A stretch of DNA of 64,000 nt from Candidatus Omnitrophota bacterium (GTDB taxonomy: Bacteria; Omnitrophota; Gorgyraeia; Duberdicusellales; 4484-171). The stretch lies in assembly GCA_020352775.1 (NCBI GenBank), contig CP070684.1:1035679-1099678 (forward strand), given 5' to 3'. The notes below the pieces were generated by a model. The model saw nothing but the letters and a program-made list of their open reading frames with translations. It was not told the origin of the DNA and made no database searches. Both the position numbers and the translations under genes were made by a program. Numbering within the stretch: the stretch's first letter is position 1; each line of letters opens with the position of its first letter. Of this stretch, positions 8,630 to 18,370 are shown one piece after another.

Positions 8630-9058
8630 ATGGTCAATCTTAATCGAGTATTTTTGATAGGTAATCTGACCCGAGACCCTGAATTGCGCTATACTCCTCA
8701 AGGAACCGCAGTTTCTACTTTAAGAATTGCAGTAAACACTCCCTTTAGAGATAAGGGTGGGCAGCTTCAGCGCGGTACCTGTTTTGTAAATGTAGTGGTA
8801 TGGGCACAACTGGCAGAAGTCTGCAACCAGTATTTGCAAAAGGGAAGACAGATTTTTGTAGAAGGAAGGCTACAATCACGTTCCTGGCAGGATAGCGAAG
8901 GAAAGAACCGTTCTGTCCTTGAGGTGAGAGCAGCAAGGGTTCAGTTTATGCCCAGAGCAGAGAAGCAAGAGGTGCGGGAAGTAGATTTGGGGGAAGAACC
9001 CGACCAGAATATAAATGCGGAACACACTGAAGGTCAAGAATTAGGAGAGGCGATATAA
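8630..9058 (+). CDS. ssb: single-stranded DNA-binding protein
   Basis: [36 protein letters not shown]…QSRSWQD (OB fold), with an acidic C-terminal tail. Confidence 0.85.
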   Translation: MVNLNRVFLIGNLTRDPELRYTPQGTAVSTLRIAVNTPFRDKGGQLQRGTCFVNVVVWAQLAEVCNQYLQKGRQIFVEGRLQSRSWQDSEGKNRSVLEVRAARVQFMPRAEKQEVREVDLGEEPDQNINAEHTEGQELGEAI

Positions 9059-9059
9059 A

Positions 9060-9290
9060 ATGGCTAAACGAAAAATAAAAGTAACACGGTTTAAAAAAAG
9101 CTGCATTTTTTGCAAGAAAGAGTTGGATATAGACTACAAAAACATTGAATTGCTGTCGCGTTACGTTTCCGGTAAGGGGAAAGTGGTTTCGCGGCGCATA
9201 AGCGGTAATTGCGCAAAGCATCAACGTAAATTAACAAGAGAAATTAAGCGCGCACGTTACTTAAGTTTGCTTTCTTACATGCCGCGATAA
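9060..9290 (+). CDS. rpsR: ribosomal protein bS18
   Basis: CIFCKK…[48 protein letters not shown]. Confidence 0.85.
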   Translation: MAKRKIKVTRFKKSCIFCKKELDIDYKNIELLSRYVSGKGKVVSRRISGNCAKHQRKLTREIKRARYLSLLSYMPR

Positions 9291-9344
9291 CCTGATTAAT
9301 TATCTTTAACCAAGAATTGCAGCAATAGCTAAAAGGGGGACGAA

Positions 9345-9788
9345 GTGAAAGTAATTCTTATTAAAGGCGTCAAGAAAATCGGCGAAGAAGGAAAAATTAT
9401 TGAGGTAAGGGACGGCTATGCCCGCAATTACCTTATTCCTAAGGGTTTCGCACTAAGAGCGAACGATGATAGCTTAAAGAAGCTGGAAGAAATCAAAAGA
9501 AGAAGATTAAAGGAATCTGAAGAGCAAAAACAAAAGCTTTTAGAATTCAAGAATAAATTAGAGGCGGTATCGGTGACGATTACCGCAGAAGTAAAAGAGG
9601 CAGAAGAGATTTTTGGATCTATAAATGAGCCGCAGATAATCAAAGCGTTGAGCGAGGAAGGTATTGAGCTTGCCAAGGATAAAATCGTTTTGGAAGAGCC
9701 GCTTAAGAAACTAGGCGTTTATAATTTGAAAGTTAAGCTCCACCCTGAAGTAGAGGCATCTTTAAGGGTGTGGGTAGTAAAGAAATGA
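9345..9788 (+). CDS. rplI: ribosomal protein bL9
   Basis: MKVILIKGVKKIGEEGKIIEVRDGYARNYLIPKGFA…. Confidence 0.85.
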   Translation: MKVILIKGVKKIGEEGKIIEVRDGYARNYLIPKGFALRANDDSLKKLEEIKRRRLKESEEQKQKLLEFKNKLEAVSVTITAEVKEAEEIFGSINEPQIIKALSEEGIELAKDKIVLEEPLKKLGVYNLKVKLHPEVEASLRVWVVKK

Positions 9789-11140
9789 GCAACCAACAAC
9801 CTCAAAACATAGAAAAAATTCCTCCCAATAATATCGAGGCAGAAATGGCCACTCTGGGCGCAATGCTCATAGATGATAGTATAATCCCTCAGGTATTAGA
9901 GCTTATCGACAAAGATTCCTTTTACAAATACGAACATAGCATGATTTTTGAAAGTATTGTGTCTCTTTTCGATGTCAGAAAAAAGACCGATATCCTGACG
10001 GTTTCAGAAGATTTAAACAAAAAGAAATTCTTAGAGAAAATAGGTGGAAGTGCCTATTTAGCCACTCTTGCGGATTTTGTCCCCACCTCTGCCAACGTCT
10101 CTCATTATGCGCGCATAGTGAAGGAAAAAAGTGTTTTACGTTCTTTGATTGCCAGTGCTACCAACATTGTTTCCTGGTCTTATAAGGGAGAGGAAGAGGT
10201 AAGCAATATTCTCGATAGAGCAGAAAAGCTGATTTTTGAAATCAGCGACCGCCGTATTGAAGGAGGTTATGTTCATATAAGAGATGTCATTAAAGACGGA
10301 ATTGAATTAATCGAATCTCTTTATCACAAGAAATCTCATGTAACAGGAATTCCCAGCGGATTCAAAGATTTTGACGTAAAAACCGCTGGTTTTCAAAACG
10401 GGGATTTTATCGTTGTGGCGGGTCGTCCTTCCATGGGTAAAAGCGCGTTTGTGATTTCTGTCGCAGAACACGTGGCTGCGGAGGAAAAAATGCCGGTAGG
10501 GATCTTTAGTCTGGAAATGGCAAAAGAACAGATTATGCAAAGGTTCCTATGTTCTCAGGCAAAAGTTGATATGCATAAAGTAAGAACCGGTTTTCTTGCT
10601 CCTTCTGATTGGCCTTTATTGACCACTGCCGCAAGTATTCTTTCCCAAGCGCCTATTTTTATTGATGATTCTGCTGCGATTAATGTTTTTGAATTGCGCG
10701 CAAAAGCAAGACGCCTTAAAGCACACCATAATATTCAGATGCTGATAGTGGATTATATGCAGCTTATCAGGGGAATGCGAAGAGGAGAAAGTCGGCAGCA
10801 GGAAATATCAGAGATTTCTCAGTCTTTGAAAGCTTTGGCGAAAGAATTAAGTATACCTGTGATCGCAGTAAGCCAGCTCTCAAGAGCAGTGGAGTCCCGC
10901 GAAGGTAACCGACCGAAATTATCGGATTTACGTGAATCAGGAGCCATTGAGCAAGACGCAGACGTGGTGGTGCTTCTTTTTCGGGAAGAATATTATAACC
11001 CCAATGAATCCAATAAAGGAGTGGCGGAGGCAATTATTGCCAAGCAACGTAATGGCCCCACAGGAAGCGTGCAATTGTCATTTTTGCGGGAATATATGAA
11101 ATTTGCTGATTTATTCCAAGTTAAGGTAGCCGAAGAGTAA
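9785..11140 (+). CDS. dnaB: replicative DNA helicase
   Basis: PPNNIEAEMATLGAMLID…, Walker A GRPSMGKSAF, …QLSRAVESREGNRPKLSDLRESGAIEQDADVVVLL. The likely start ATG 9785 overlaps the rplI TGA stop (ATGA). The track start 9770 is an alternative. Confidence 0.9.
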   Translation: MSNQQPQNIEKIPPNNIEAEMATLGAMLIDDSIIPQVLELIDKDSFYKYEHSMIFESIVSLFDVRKKTDILTVSEDLNKKKFLEKIGGSAYLATLADFVPTSANVSHYARIVKEKSVLRSLIASATNIVSWSYKGEEEVSNILDRAEKLIFEISDRRIEGGYVHIRDVIKDGIELIESLYHKKSHVTGIPSGFKDFDVKTAGFQNGDFIVVAGRPSMGKSAFVISVAEHVAAEEKMPVGIFSLEMAKEQIMQRFLCSQAKVDMHKVRTGFLAPSDWPLLTTAASILSQAPIFIDDSAAINVFELRAKARRLKAHHNIQMLIVDYMQLIRGMRRGESRQQEISEISQSLKALAKELSIPVIAVSQLSRAVESREGNRPKLSDLRESGAIEQDADVVVLLFREEYYNPNESNKGVAEAIIAKQRNGPTGSVQLSFLREYMKFADLFQVKVAEE

Positions 11141-11190
11141 TTTGCCCTTAACCCTAAGGCATTAAGGCAATTACAAAAAGGTGAGGGAGA

Positions 11191-13503
11191 TTGACTTTGA
11201 TAAAAAAAGTGTTTATAATAAGCAAAATGTATAAAGTATTCATTTGTCTTTTATTGTCGTTTATTCTTTTTTTACCCGTCGTTTGGGCGCGCGAGATTGT
11301 TTCCCGTATTGAGATTGAGGGTAATAATATTGTGAGCGATGCCACTATTGTTTCCAAGCTAAAAGTGCGTGCCGGCCAGCCCTTTAGAGAAAATGTCATC
11401 AACGAAGACGTAAAAAATCTTTATGCTACGGGATTTTTTGATACGGTTGAAGTCTCCAAAGAAAAGGTAGCCAATGAAATCATTGTTGTCTTTACTGTAA
11501 AAGAAAAGCCCGTTCTTAAGAAGCTTTCATTTGAAGGGTACCGCTCCATACATCGAAGGAAGCTTTTGGATGCAGTCGACATTAAAGAAGGTTCTTTTGT
11601 AGATGAATATAAGCTTAAAGAAGTGAGTCGCAAAATCAAAGACCTTTATCAGCAGAAAGGCTTTTCACAAGCACAAATAGATTATGAATTAAAAATAGAT
11701 GAGAGAAGAAATGAAGCTGAGGTTAAATTCGTAATTGATGAAAGAAGGGTGATAAAGGTAAGGGGCGTGATAGTTCAAGGAAATATAACTTTTTCCGATG
11801 AAAAAATAATCAGGCTCATGAAGACGAAAAAAGCCTGGCTTCTTAATAGGGGTCTTTTTAAAGAAGATGTGTTGCGCGACGATGTTAAGCGAATTCGTGA
11901 TTTTTATCTGCGTCAAGGTTTTAGCGACGTAGAGGTTAAAACTGATACTAGGCGAAGACCCGAAGGGGTGTATGTAACTATCCTTATAGATGAAGGTCAG
12001 CGCTATTATGCCGGGGAGATAACCATTGAAGGGAATAAGGAAGTGCCTCTTTCTGAAATCGAAGCAGTACTTAAGATGAGACCAGGTTTGGTATTCAGTG
12101 AAAACGCGGTGTATGAGGATTATTCAAGAATAAGGGAAATTTATGTAAATAAAGGGTATATATTTTCACGCGTGGAGCCTTTCAGCTATTTTAATACGAA
12201 AACTAAAAGAGTAGATTTAACCTATCGTGTTAGCGAGAATCAAATCGCTTATGTAGAGAGAATTGATGTCAAAGGCAATGTTAAAACCAGAGATAATGTG
12301 ATAAGAAGGGAATTGAGGGCATATCCTGGCGAGAGATTCAATGGTGAAAAAATACATAAGAGTAAAGAACGCCTGGAAAATTTAGGATTCTTTGAAGAAA
12401 TACGCTTTGGTACCGAAGCTGGCACAACCCCGGAACAGATAGATTTGATAGTGGATGTTAAAGAAGCAAAGACCGGATATTTAAGTTTTGGCGGAGGGTA
12501 TAGTTCGGTTGATGAGTTTGTCGGCTTTGTAGAATTAAGGCAGCGCAATTTTGATTATAGAAACTGGTCCACCTTTACCGGTGCCGGACAAGATTTAAAT
12601 TTGCAGGCAAGCTTCGGCACCTTGACCGACCGTTACCAATTAAGTTTTACCAATCCTTGGATTTTTGATCGGCCTATTTCCTTTGGGTTTGACGGTTATA
12701 AACGCACTCACGCCCGTGAGGGTGACGTAGGATACGCTTTTGAAGAGGATATTAGAGGCGGGGCAATACGTTTAGGAACGGCTTTCAATGATAATTTTAG
12801 CGCCGGACTAGGTTTTCGTTTTGAGCAAGTAGAAATTAGTGATGTTGATCAGAATGCAACTCAGGCATTGAAAGATGAAGCCGGAACAAATGATTTAATA
12901 GGTCCGGAAGTTAATTTACGTTTTGATACCAGGGATAATGTATTTGTTCCTTCAACCGGAATCTACGTTATTAACAGTGTTGAATTTAAAGGTGATCCAT
13001 TTGGGGGTGATAAGGATTTTGTAAAAGAATCTGCTCGGGTGAGTAAATATTTTCCTCTTATGCACGATTCTGTGCTAGAATTTCGTGTTAGAGTGGGTTA
13101 TGCAGATCCGTTTTCTGGCACAAATGAAATTCCCATTTATGAGCGTTTCTTTGCAGGGGGTTCTTCTACGATAAGAGGATATCATGAAAGAAAAGTAGGC
13201 CCTATAGATCCAGCCACTGAAGATCCCCTTGGTGGGGAGGCGATGTTTGTGGGCAATGTAGAATACACCTATCCCTTGGTGGAGAATTTCCTCAAAATGG
13301 CGACTTTTTTTGATACGGGAAATGTGTGGGAAAAGAATAACGATTTTATGAGTGGTGACCTTAAATCTAGCGTGGGTATAGGGTTAAGGGTAAAAACCCC
13401 CATTGGCCCGGTTAGTGTGGATTATGGTTGGCCATTGGATCTTGAACCGGGCGAAGAGGAGAAAGAGGGTAGATTTCATTTTAATATAAGTAGAGGTTTT
13501 TAA
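11191..13503 (+). CDS. bamA: outer-membrane protein assembly factor BamA (POTRA repeats + Omp85 barrel)
   Basis: 770 aa with signal peptide MYKVFICLLLSFILFLPVVWA (true start may be ATG 11227). POTRA-like IEIEGNNIVSDATIVSKLKVRAGQPF…, C-terminal barrel ending in aromatic F, and an skp gene immediately downstream. Confidence 0.8.
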   Translation: MTLIKKVFIISKMYKVFICLLLSFILFLPVVWAREIVSRIEIEGNNIVSDATIVSKLKVRAGQPFRENVINEDVKNLYATGFFDTVEVSKEKVANEIIVVFTVKEKPVLKKLSFEGYRSIHRRKLLDAVDIKEGSFVDEYKLKEVSRKIKDLYQQKGFSQAQIDYELKIDERRNEAEVKFVIDERRVIKVRGVIVQGNITFSDEKIIRLMKTKKAWLLNRGLFKEDVLRDDVKRIRDFYLRQGFSDVEVKTDTRRRPEGVYVTILIDEGQRYYAGEITIEGNKEVPLSEIEAVLKMRPGLVFSENAVYEDYSRIREIYVNKGYIFSRVEPFSYFNTKTKRVDLTYRVSENQIAYVERIDVKGNVKTRDNVIRRELRAYPGERFNGEKIHKSKERLENLGFFEEIRFGTEAGTTPEQIDLIVDVKEAKTGYLSFGGGYSSVDEFVGFVELRQRNFDYRNWSTFTGAGQDLNLQASFGTLTDRYQLSFTNPWIFDRPISFGFDGYKRTHAREGDVGYAFEEDIRGGAIRLGTAFNDNFSAGLGFRFEQVEISDVDQNATQALKDEAGTNDLIGPEVNLRFDTRDNVFVPSTGIYVINSVEFKGDPFGGDKDFVKESARVSKYFPLMHDSVLEFRVRVGYADPFSGTNEIPIYERFFAGGSSTIRGYHERKVGPIDPATEDPLGGEAMFVGNVEYTYPLVENFLKMATFFDTGNVWEKNNDFMSGDLKSSVGIGLRVKTPIGPVSVDYGWPLDLEPGEEEKEGRFHFNISRGF

Positions 13504-13514
13504 AGGAGGGAGAG

Positions 13515-14021
13515 ATGAGAAGATTTGTATCTTTAATGTTTGTGGTAGGGCTAATAACTGCATTTTCCTTGAGCTGTTTTGCGGCTGATTTAAAAATTGG
13601 CTATGTTAACTATCTTGAGGTGATCGAAAAGTATAAGAAAACCAAAGATTATGATGGTGAATTAGAAGCAAGAAGAAGCCAGGAAGAGAATAAATTCGGA
13701 AAGAGAAAAGATAAAATAGAAAAAATGCAGGACAAGCTTAGTCTTATGGCAGAAAGCGAACAAGAGCGGGAAAAAGAAAAACTCACTAAAGAGATTCGAT
13801 CTTTTCGTGAAGACGAACGTGCGGTTTTTATTGATTTGCGAAAAGAAAGAAATGAAAAAATGAACGAGATCGTTGAGGATATCAATAAGGTAATTGAACG
13901 ATATGCCAAGAAAAACAAATTTGATCTGGTGATACAGGAAAATATGGTTATTTTTGGAAATAAGACATTCGACATCACCAGACAGATTATTAAACTTGTT
14001 AATAAAGGGTATAGAAGGTGA
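13515..14021 (+). CDS. skp: periplasmic chaperone Skp/OmpH
   Basis: 168 aa with a signal peptide and K/E-rich coiled-coil. Conserved bamA–skp–lpxD placement. Confidence 0.7.
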   Translation: MRRFVSLMFVVGLITAFSLSCFAADLKIGYVNYLEVIEKYKKTKDYDGELEARRSQEENKFGKRKDKIEKMQDKLSLMAESEQEREKEKLTKEIRSFREDERAVFIDLRKERNEKMNEIVEDINKVIERYAKKNKFDLVIQENMVIFGNKTFDITRQIIKLVNKGYRR

Positions 14022-15061
14022 AACTTACCCTTAGAGAAATAGCAACACTGGTAAACGGAGAATTGGTCGGTGATCCCGATATTGTAATTACAGGGATCTC
14101 CGGAATAAAGGAAGCCAAGAAAGGGGATATTACTTTTCTGGCCAATTCTAAATATGCCCGTCTGATGGAAACCACAAAGGCATCAGCTATTATCACCTCA
14201 AGAGAAATAAGCAATTCTTCAAAACCTCTTTTAAGGACGGACAATCCTTCTCTGGCATTTGCGCGTGTGGTAAACTTAGTTGCTTCTAGCTACGCTAAGC
14301 ATCCCCAAGGAATTCATCGCAGCGCAATTATATCTGATAAAGCAAAGCTTGCAAAAGATGTTAGTGTAGGGGCATACACAATCATTGAAGAGGGGGTCCA
14401 GATAGATGAGGGGACAGTAATTTATGCAGGCTGTTACATAGGCGCTCATTCAAAGATCGCGAAAAAATGCCTTATTTATCCCCATGTTTCAATCAGAGAG
14501 AGAATAGAGGTTGGCAATAGAGTGGTTATTCACTCCGGGGCAGTGATTGGAAGCGATGGGTTTGGTTTTGCTGCCGTAAAAGGAGTGCAGGAGAAAATTC
14601 CCCAGATTGGTACAGTGTCTATCGAAGATGATGTTGAGATTGGTGCCAACGTTACTATTGATAGAGCAAGATTTGATAAGACCATTGTAGGTAAAGGTAC
14701 AAAGATTGATAATTTGGTCCAGATCGCGCATAATGTAGTGATAGGAGAAAATTGTATTATTATTGCCCAGGCAGGCGTTTCAGGAAGTACTACCCTGGGC
14801 AAAGGGGTTGTTCTTGCGGGTCAGGCAGGAGTGGTAGGTCATATTCATATCGGCGATGGTTCTGTGGTTGCTGCTCAAGCAGGGGTGACAAAGTCAATAC
14901 CTTCTGAGACTAAAGTGTCTGGTTATCCGGCGCGACCCCATGATGTTGCAAAAAGGGTAAATGCCTGCGTACAGCGATTACCAGAGCTTTATAAGAAAAT
15001 ACGTTGCTTAGAAGAGAAGGTTCAAGAACTAGAAGAGAAGCTAAAGAAGGAAAATGGATAA
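14018..15061 (+). CDS. lpxD: UDP-3-O-acylglucosamine N-acyltransferase
   Basis: [19 protein letters not shown]… plus long hexapeptide-repeat LbH domain (…[10 protein letters not shown]…[16 protein letters not shown]…). Overlaps skp by 4 nt. Confidence 0.85.
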   Translation: MKLTLREIATLVNGELVGDPDIVITGISGIKEAKKGDITFLANSKYARLMETTKASAIITSREISNSSKPLLRTDNPSLAFARVVNLVASSYAKHPQGIHRSAIISDKAKLAKDVSVGAYTIIEEGVQIDEGTVIYAGCYIGAHSKIAKKCLIYPHVSIRERIEVGNRVVIHSGAVIGSDGFGFAAVKGVQEKIPQIGTVSIEDDVEIGANVTIDRARFDKTIVGKGTKIDNLVQIAHNVVIGENCIIIAQAGVSGSTTLGKGVVLAGQAGVVGHIHIGDGSVVAAQAGVTKSIPSETKVSGYPARPHDVAKRVNACVQRLPELYKKIRCLEEKVQELEEKLKKENG

Positions 15062-16361
15062 ACAAAGAACAATAAAAAAGAAGGTATCTTTTGAAGGAGT
15101 AGGGCTTCATACTGGAGAGAAGACTAAAATAGTGTTGTGCCCCGCACCTGTAAATACGGGTATCATTTTTGTGCGCCAAGATATCCCCACTTTTCTTGTA
15201 AAAGCCGACCTTTCTTCTTTAGCTGATCCTGAGAAATTCCCCCGCCGTACTTCTGTGGGGAATGATGGTGTTTATATTCATACCATAGAACATCTTATGG
15301 CAGCCTTACATCTTTTAGGGATTGATAATATTCAGATAAACATGTGGGGAGAAGAAGTTCCGGGGCTAGACGGTAGCGCTAAAGAATTTATTGAAAAAAT
15401 AAAAGAAGCGGGTCTTCTGGAACAGGGTGCATATCGTGATTATTTGACAATAAAAGAGCCGTTATGGGTAGATGAAAGTTGCGCCAGTATTATTGTGCTA
15501 CCCTCTACAGATTTACGTATTTCCTATGTTTTAAAATATGATAATCCTTTAATCGGTTCTGGATATATGGATTTAGTGATTAATGGTAAGGCCACAGATA
15601 ATTTTTATGAGGCAAGGACATTTTGTCTGGAGGACGAAGTCAAGCCCCTTTTGAATATGGGGTTAGGAAAGGGGGCAAACTACGATAATACCCTTGTGGT
15701 TTCTTCCAAAGGAATAATAAAGAATAAATTACGCTTTGATGATGAGTTTGTGAAGCATAAGATTTTAGATTTAGTGGGTGATTTGTATTTGGTCGGAGCT
15801 CTTAAGGCGCATGTGATTGCAGTAAAAAGCGGCCATTCTTTGAGTATAAAACTGCTTGATAAACTGCGTCGCTATAAAGATAAGGTAAAGCGAGGCGGGG
15901 TAGGCTCAAGAGAGGGCTATGTTCCTCAAGGGACAGAACTCAATGCGGAAGAGATAATGAAAATATTACCCCATCGATACCCTTTTCTTTTAGTGGACAA
16001 GGTTGTTGAATTAGAAAAGGCCAAGCGCTGCGTAGGTATAAAAAATGTGAGCATGAATGAATATTTTTTCCAGGGACATTTCCCGGGCCGGCCAGTTATG
16101 CCAGGAGTGCTTATCGTAGAGGCTATGGCTCAGGTGGGTGGGATTCTTATGTTGGCCTGCGCCGAGCACAGAGGAAAGCTTGCTTATTTTATGGCTGCAA
16201 ACAACATTAAATTCAGAAAGACTGTTGAGCCGGGAGATCAGTTGGTAATTGAGGTGAATATCGGTAAGACCCGTTCCAAGACAGGTTCAGTATATGCTAA
16301 GGCATCAGTGGAAGGCAAAGTAGTCGCAGAAGCAGAATTAATGTTTGCTCTCGTAGAATAA
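15054..16361 (+). CDS. lpxC/fabZ: bifunctional UDP-3-O-acyl-GlcNAc deacetylase / 3-hydroxyacyl-ACP dehydratase (LpxC–FabZ fusion)
   Basis: N-terminal LpxC ([27 protein letters not shown]…[10 protein letters not shown]…[13 protein letters not shown]…). C-terminal FabZ hot-dog ([16 protein letters not shown]…[23 protein letters not shown]). Confidence 0.85.
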   Translation: MDKQRTIKKKVSFEGVGLHTGEKTKIVLCPAPVNTGIIFVRQDIPTFLVKADLSSLADPEKFPRRTSVGNDGVYIHTIEHLMAALHLLGIDNIQINMWGEEVPGLDGSAKEFIEKIKEAGLLEQGAYRDYLTIKEPLWVDESCASIIVLPSTDLRISYVLKYDNPLIGSGYMDLVINGKATDNFYEARTFCLEDEVKPLLNMGLGKGANYDNTLVVSSKGIIKNKLRFDDEFVKHKILDLVGDLYLVGALKAHVIAVKSGHSLSIKLLDKLRRYKDKVKRGGVGSREGYVPQGTELNAEEIMKILPHRYPFLLVDKVVELEKAKRCVGIKNVSMNEYFFQGHFPGRPVMPGVLIVEAMAQVGGILMLACAEHRGKLAYFMAANNIKFRKTVEPGDQLVIEVNIGKTRSKTGSVYAKASVEGKVVAEAELMFALVE

Positions 16362-16416
16362 TCCCGCCTTCAGTTTCCCATTGCCCTCCCTTTATTTTTT
16401 GATATAATTTAACAAT

Positions 16417-17193
16417 ATGGCTACTCAAATTCACCCTCAAGCGATTGTAAGTCCATCGGCCCAGCTAGATGAAGGCGTAAAGGTAGGACCCTGCGCTGTT
16501 ATTGAAGAAAATGTTAAAATCGGTGCTTTGACCGTAATTGAGGCGGGAGCGCAAGTTTTAGGGTATACCCAGATTGGTAAGAACTGTCGCATTTTTCCCT
16601 ACGCCGTAGTAGGAAGCATCCCTCAGGATTTAAAATACAAGGAAGAGAAAAGTTATCTTGTTATCGGTGATAACAATCGCATCAGAGAATTTACCACCAT
16701 AAATCCCGGGACAGAGAGGGATTCAAAAACAGTTTTGGGCAACAATAATCTTCTTATGGCTTATTCTCATATTGCCCATGATTGTAAGATCGGCGATGAT
16801 AATATTCTTGCAAACAACGCTACTTTAGCCGGTTATGTAGAGCTGGGAAATAAAGTAGTTGTCGGGGGACTGGTGGCAGTGCATCAATTTTGCCGCCTGG
16901 GAAGCTTCTCAATTGCGGGAGGATGTTCAAAGGTTGTTCAGGACATACCTCCTTATTCAATGTGTGATGGGCACCCAGCTAAAGTGCGCGGAGTCAATCT
17001 GGTGGGGTTGCGCCGGGCAAAGTTTGACCAAGATGTAATCAATGCCTTAAAGAAAGCATTTAAGATTATTTTTTTTGAAAATCATTCCTTTGACGAAGCC
17101 AGTAAGTTAGCAAAAGAAAATCTGCCTCATTTAGAAGAAATTGAAAATCTTCTTCAATTTATTTCTTCTTCCAAAAGAGGCATTGGTAAATGA
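16417..17193 (+). CDS. lpxA: acyl-ACP–UDP-GlcNAc O-acyltransferase
   Basis: MATQIHPQAIVSPSAQLDEGVKVGPCAVIEENVKIGALTVIEAGAQV (LbH repeats), plus a C-terminal helical domain. Confidence 0.85.
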   Translation: MATQIHPQAIVSPSAQLDEGVKVGPCAVIEENVKIGALTVIEAGAQVLGYTQIGKNCRIFPYAVVGSIPQDLKYKEEKSYLVIGDNNRIREFTTINPGTERDSKTVLGNNNLLMAYSHIAHDCKIGDDNILANNATLAGYVELGNKVVVGGLVAVHQFCRLGSFSIAGGCSKVVQDIPPYSMCDGHPAKVRGVNLVGLRRAKFDQDVINALKKAFKIIFFENHSFDEASKLAKENLPHLEEIENLLQFISSSKRGIGK

Positions 17194-18008
17194 TGCGATT
17201 AGGAATTATTGCCGGAAATCGTCTCTTACCTCTAATCCTCGCTAAGAAAATACGAGAAACAAATAAGGATAATGAGGTTATTGCCATCTGTTTTAAAGGT
17301 GAGACTTCACCTTTGATCAATAGATACGTTACCAAAACCCATTGGGTGCAGCCGACAAAATTAGGCCAGCTTAAAGAAGCTCTAAAAAAAGAGAACTTAA
17401 AAGAATGTATTATGGCCGGCCAGATTAATCCTTTAAGAATTTTTAAAAGATCCCAGTGGGATCAAGAGCTGCGTTCTTTGGTAGCCCAGACACAAGATTT
17501 TCGTCCTCATACTATATTTACTGCTATAATAAATCATCTGCAAACTGAAGGTATAAAATTTTTAGATTCAACCCTTTATTTGAAAGAGAGTTTAGCCCAG
17601 CAAGGTTTAATGGATAATTTAGATTTAGACTCCAATGTAAAGAAAGATATTGATTTTGGGGTTGAGATTATTTCGCGTTTTGTGGAGTTGGACGTGGGTC
17701 AGGTAGGAGTAGTTAAATCTAATACGGTCGCGGCCCTAGAGTCTTTGGAAGGAACCGATAGAACGATTAAAAGGGGTTTTAGCCTTGCGGGTCGGGGATG
17801 TACAGTATTAAAATTCAGTAAAGCCAATCAGGATTTACGCTTTGATGTTCCGGTGGTAGGAATCTCTACTCTTAGGCTTTTAAAAAAGATAAATGCGGCA
17901 TCGCTGGTTTTAGAAAAAGAAAAAGTAATTATTTTGGAGAAAGAAAAGTTTCTTTCGCATGCCACAAGATGGGGTATACCTGTGGTAGGTAGAGAGCGGG
18001 TCAAATAA
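17190..18008 (+). CDS. lpxI: UDP-2,3-diacylglucosamine hydrolase LpxI (DUF1009 family)
   Basis: MMRLGIIAGNRLLPL… N-terminus. …VGQVGVVKSNTVAALESLEGTDRTI…DVPVVGISTL matches the Caulobacter-type LpxI signature. Overlaps lpxA by 4 nt. Confidence 0.7.
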   Translation: MMRLGIIAGNRLLPLILAKKIRETNKDNEVIAICFKGETSPLINRYVTKTHWVQPTKLGQLKEALKKENLKECIMAGQINPLRIFKRSQWDQELRSLVAQTQDFRPHTIFTAIINHLQTEGIKFLDSTLYLKESLAQQGLMDNLDLDSNVKKDIDFGVEIISRFVELDVGQVGVVKSNTVAALESLEGTDRTIKRGFSLAGRGCTVLKFSKANQDLRFDVPVVGISTLRLLKKINAASLVLEKEKVIILEKEKFLSHATRWGIPVVGRERVK

Positions 18009-18024
18009 AAAGGAGGGCAGTATC

Positions 18025-18279
18025 ATGCAAGAGAAAGAAATTGGCATGATCACTCATTGGTTTGGTCATATCTCAGTTGGGATCATTGAGCTTTCAGACA
18101 TGCTCAAAGTTGGTGACACAATTCACGTTAAAGGCGTCCACGATGATTTTTCACAAACAATTGATTCAATGCAAATAGAGCATGAAAATGTCACCGAAGC
18201 AAAGAAAGGGGATATGGTCGGAATAAAAGTAGCACAGAAAGTACATCCTCACGATAAGGTATATAAGGTCGTAGAGTAA
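18025..18279 (+). CDS. small standalone beta-barrel protein resembling EF-Tu/IF2 domain II
   Basis: 84 aa. GHISVGIIELSDMLKVGDTIHVKGVHDDFSQTIDSMQIEHENVTEAKKGDMVGIKV mirrors the EF-Tu domain-2 pattern G.V.RG.IKVGDEV.I.G…TV.S.EMF.K.L.EA.AGDNVG. AAAGGAGG RBS upstream. Confidence 0.4.
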   Translation: MQEKEIGMITHWFGHISVGIIELSDMLKVGDTIHVKGVHDDFSQTIDSMQIEHENVTEAKKGDMVGIKVAQKVHPHDKVYKVVE

Positions 18280-18370
18280 GTATCAGATTCCATTCTTTTT
18301 GTGCGTTTACCGCAATTATTTTGCTAGGGTCATTGTGTTTCCCTCTTTAAAATAACCTTTTGTTTTTAAA

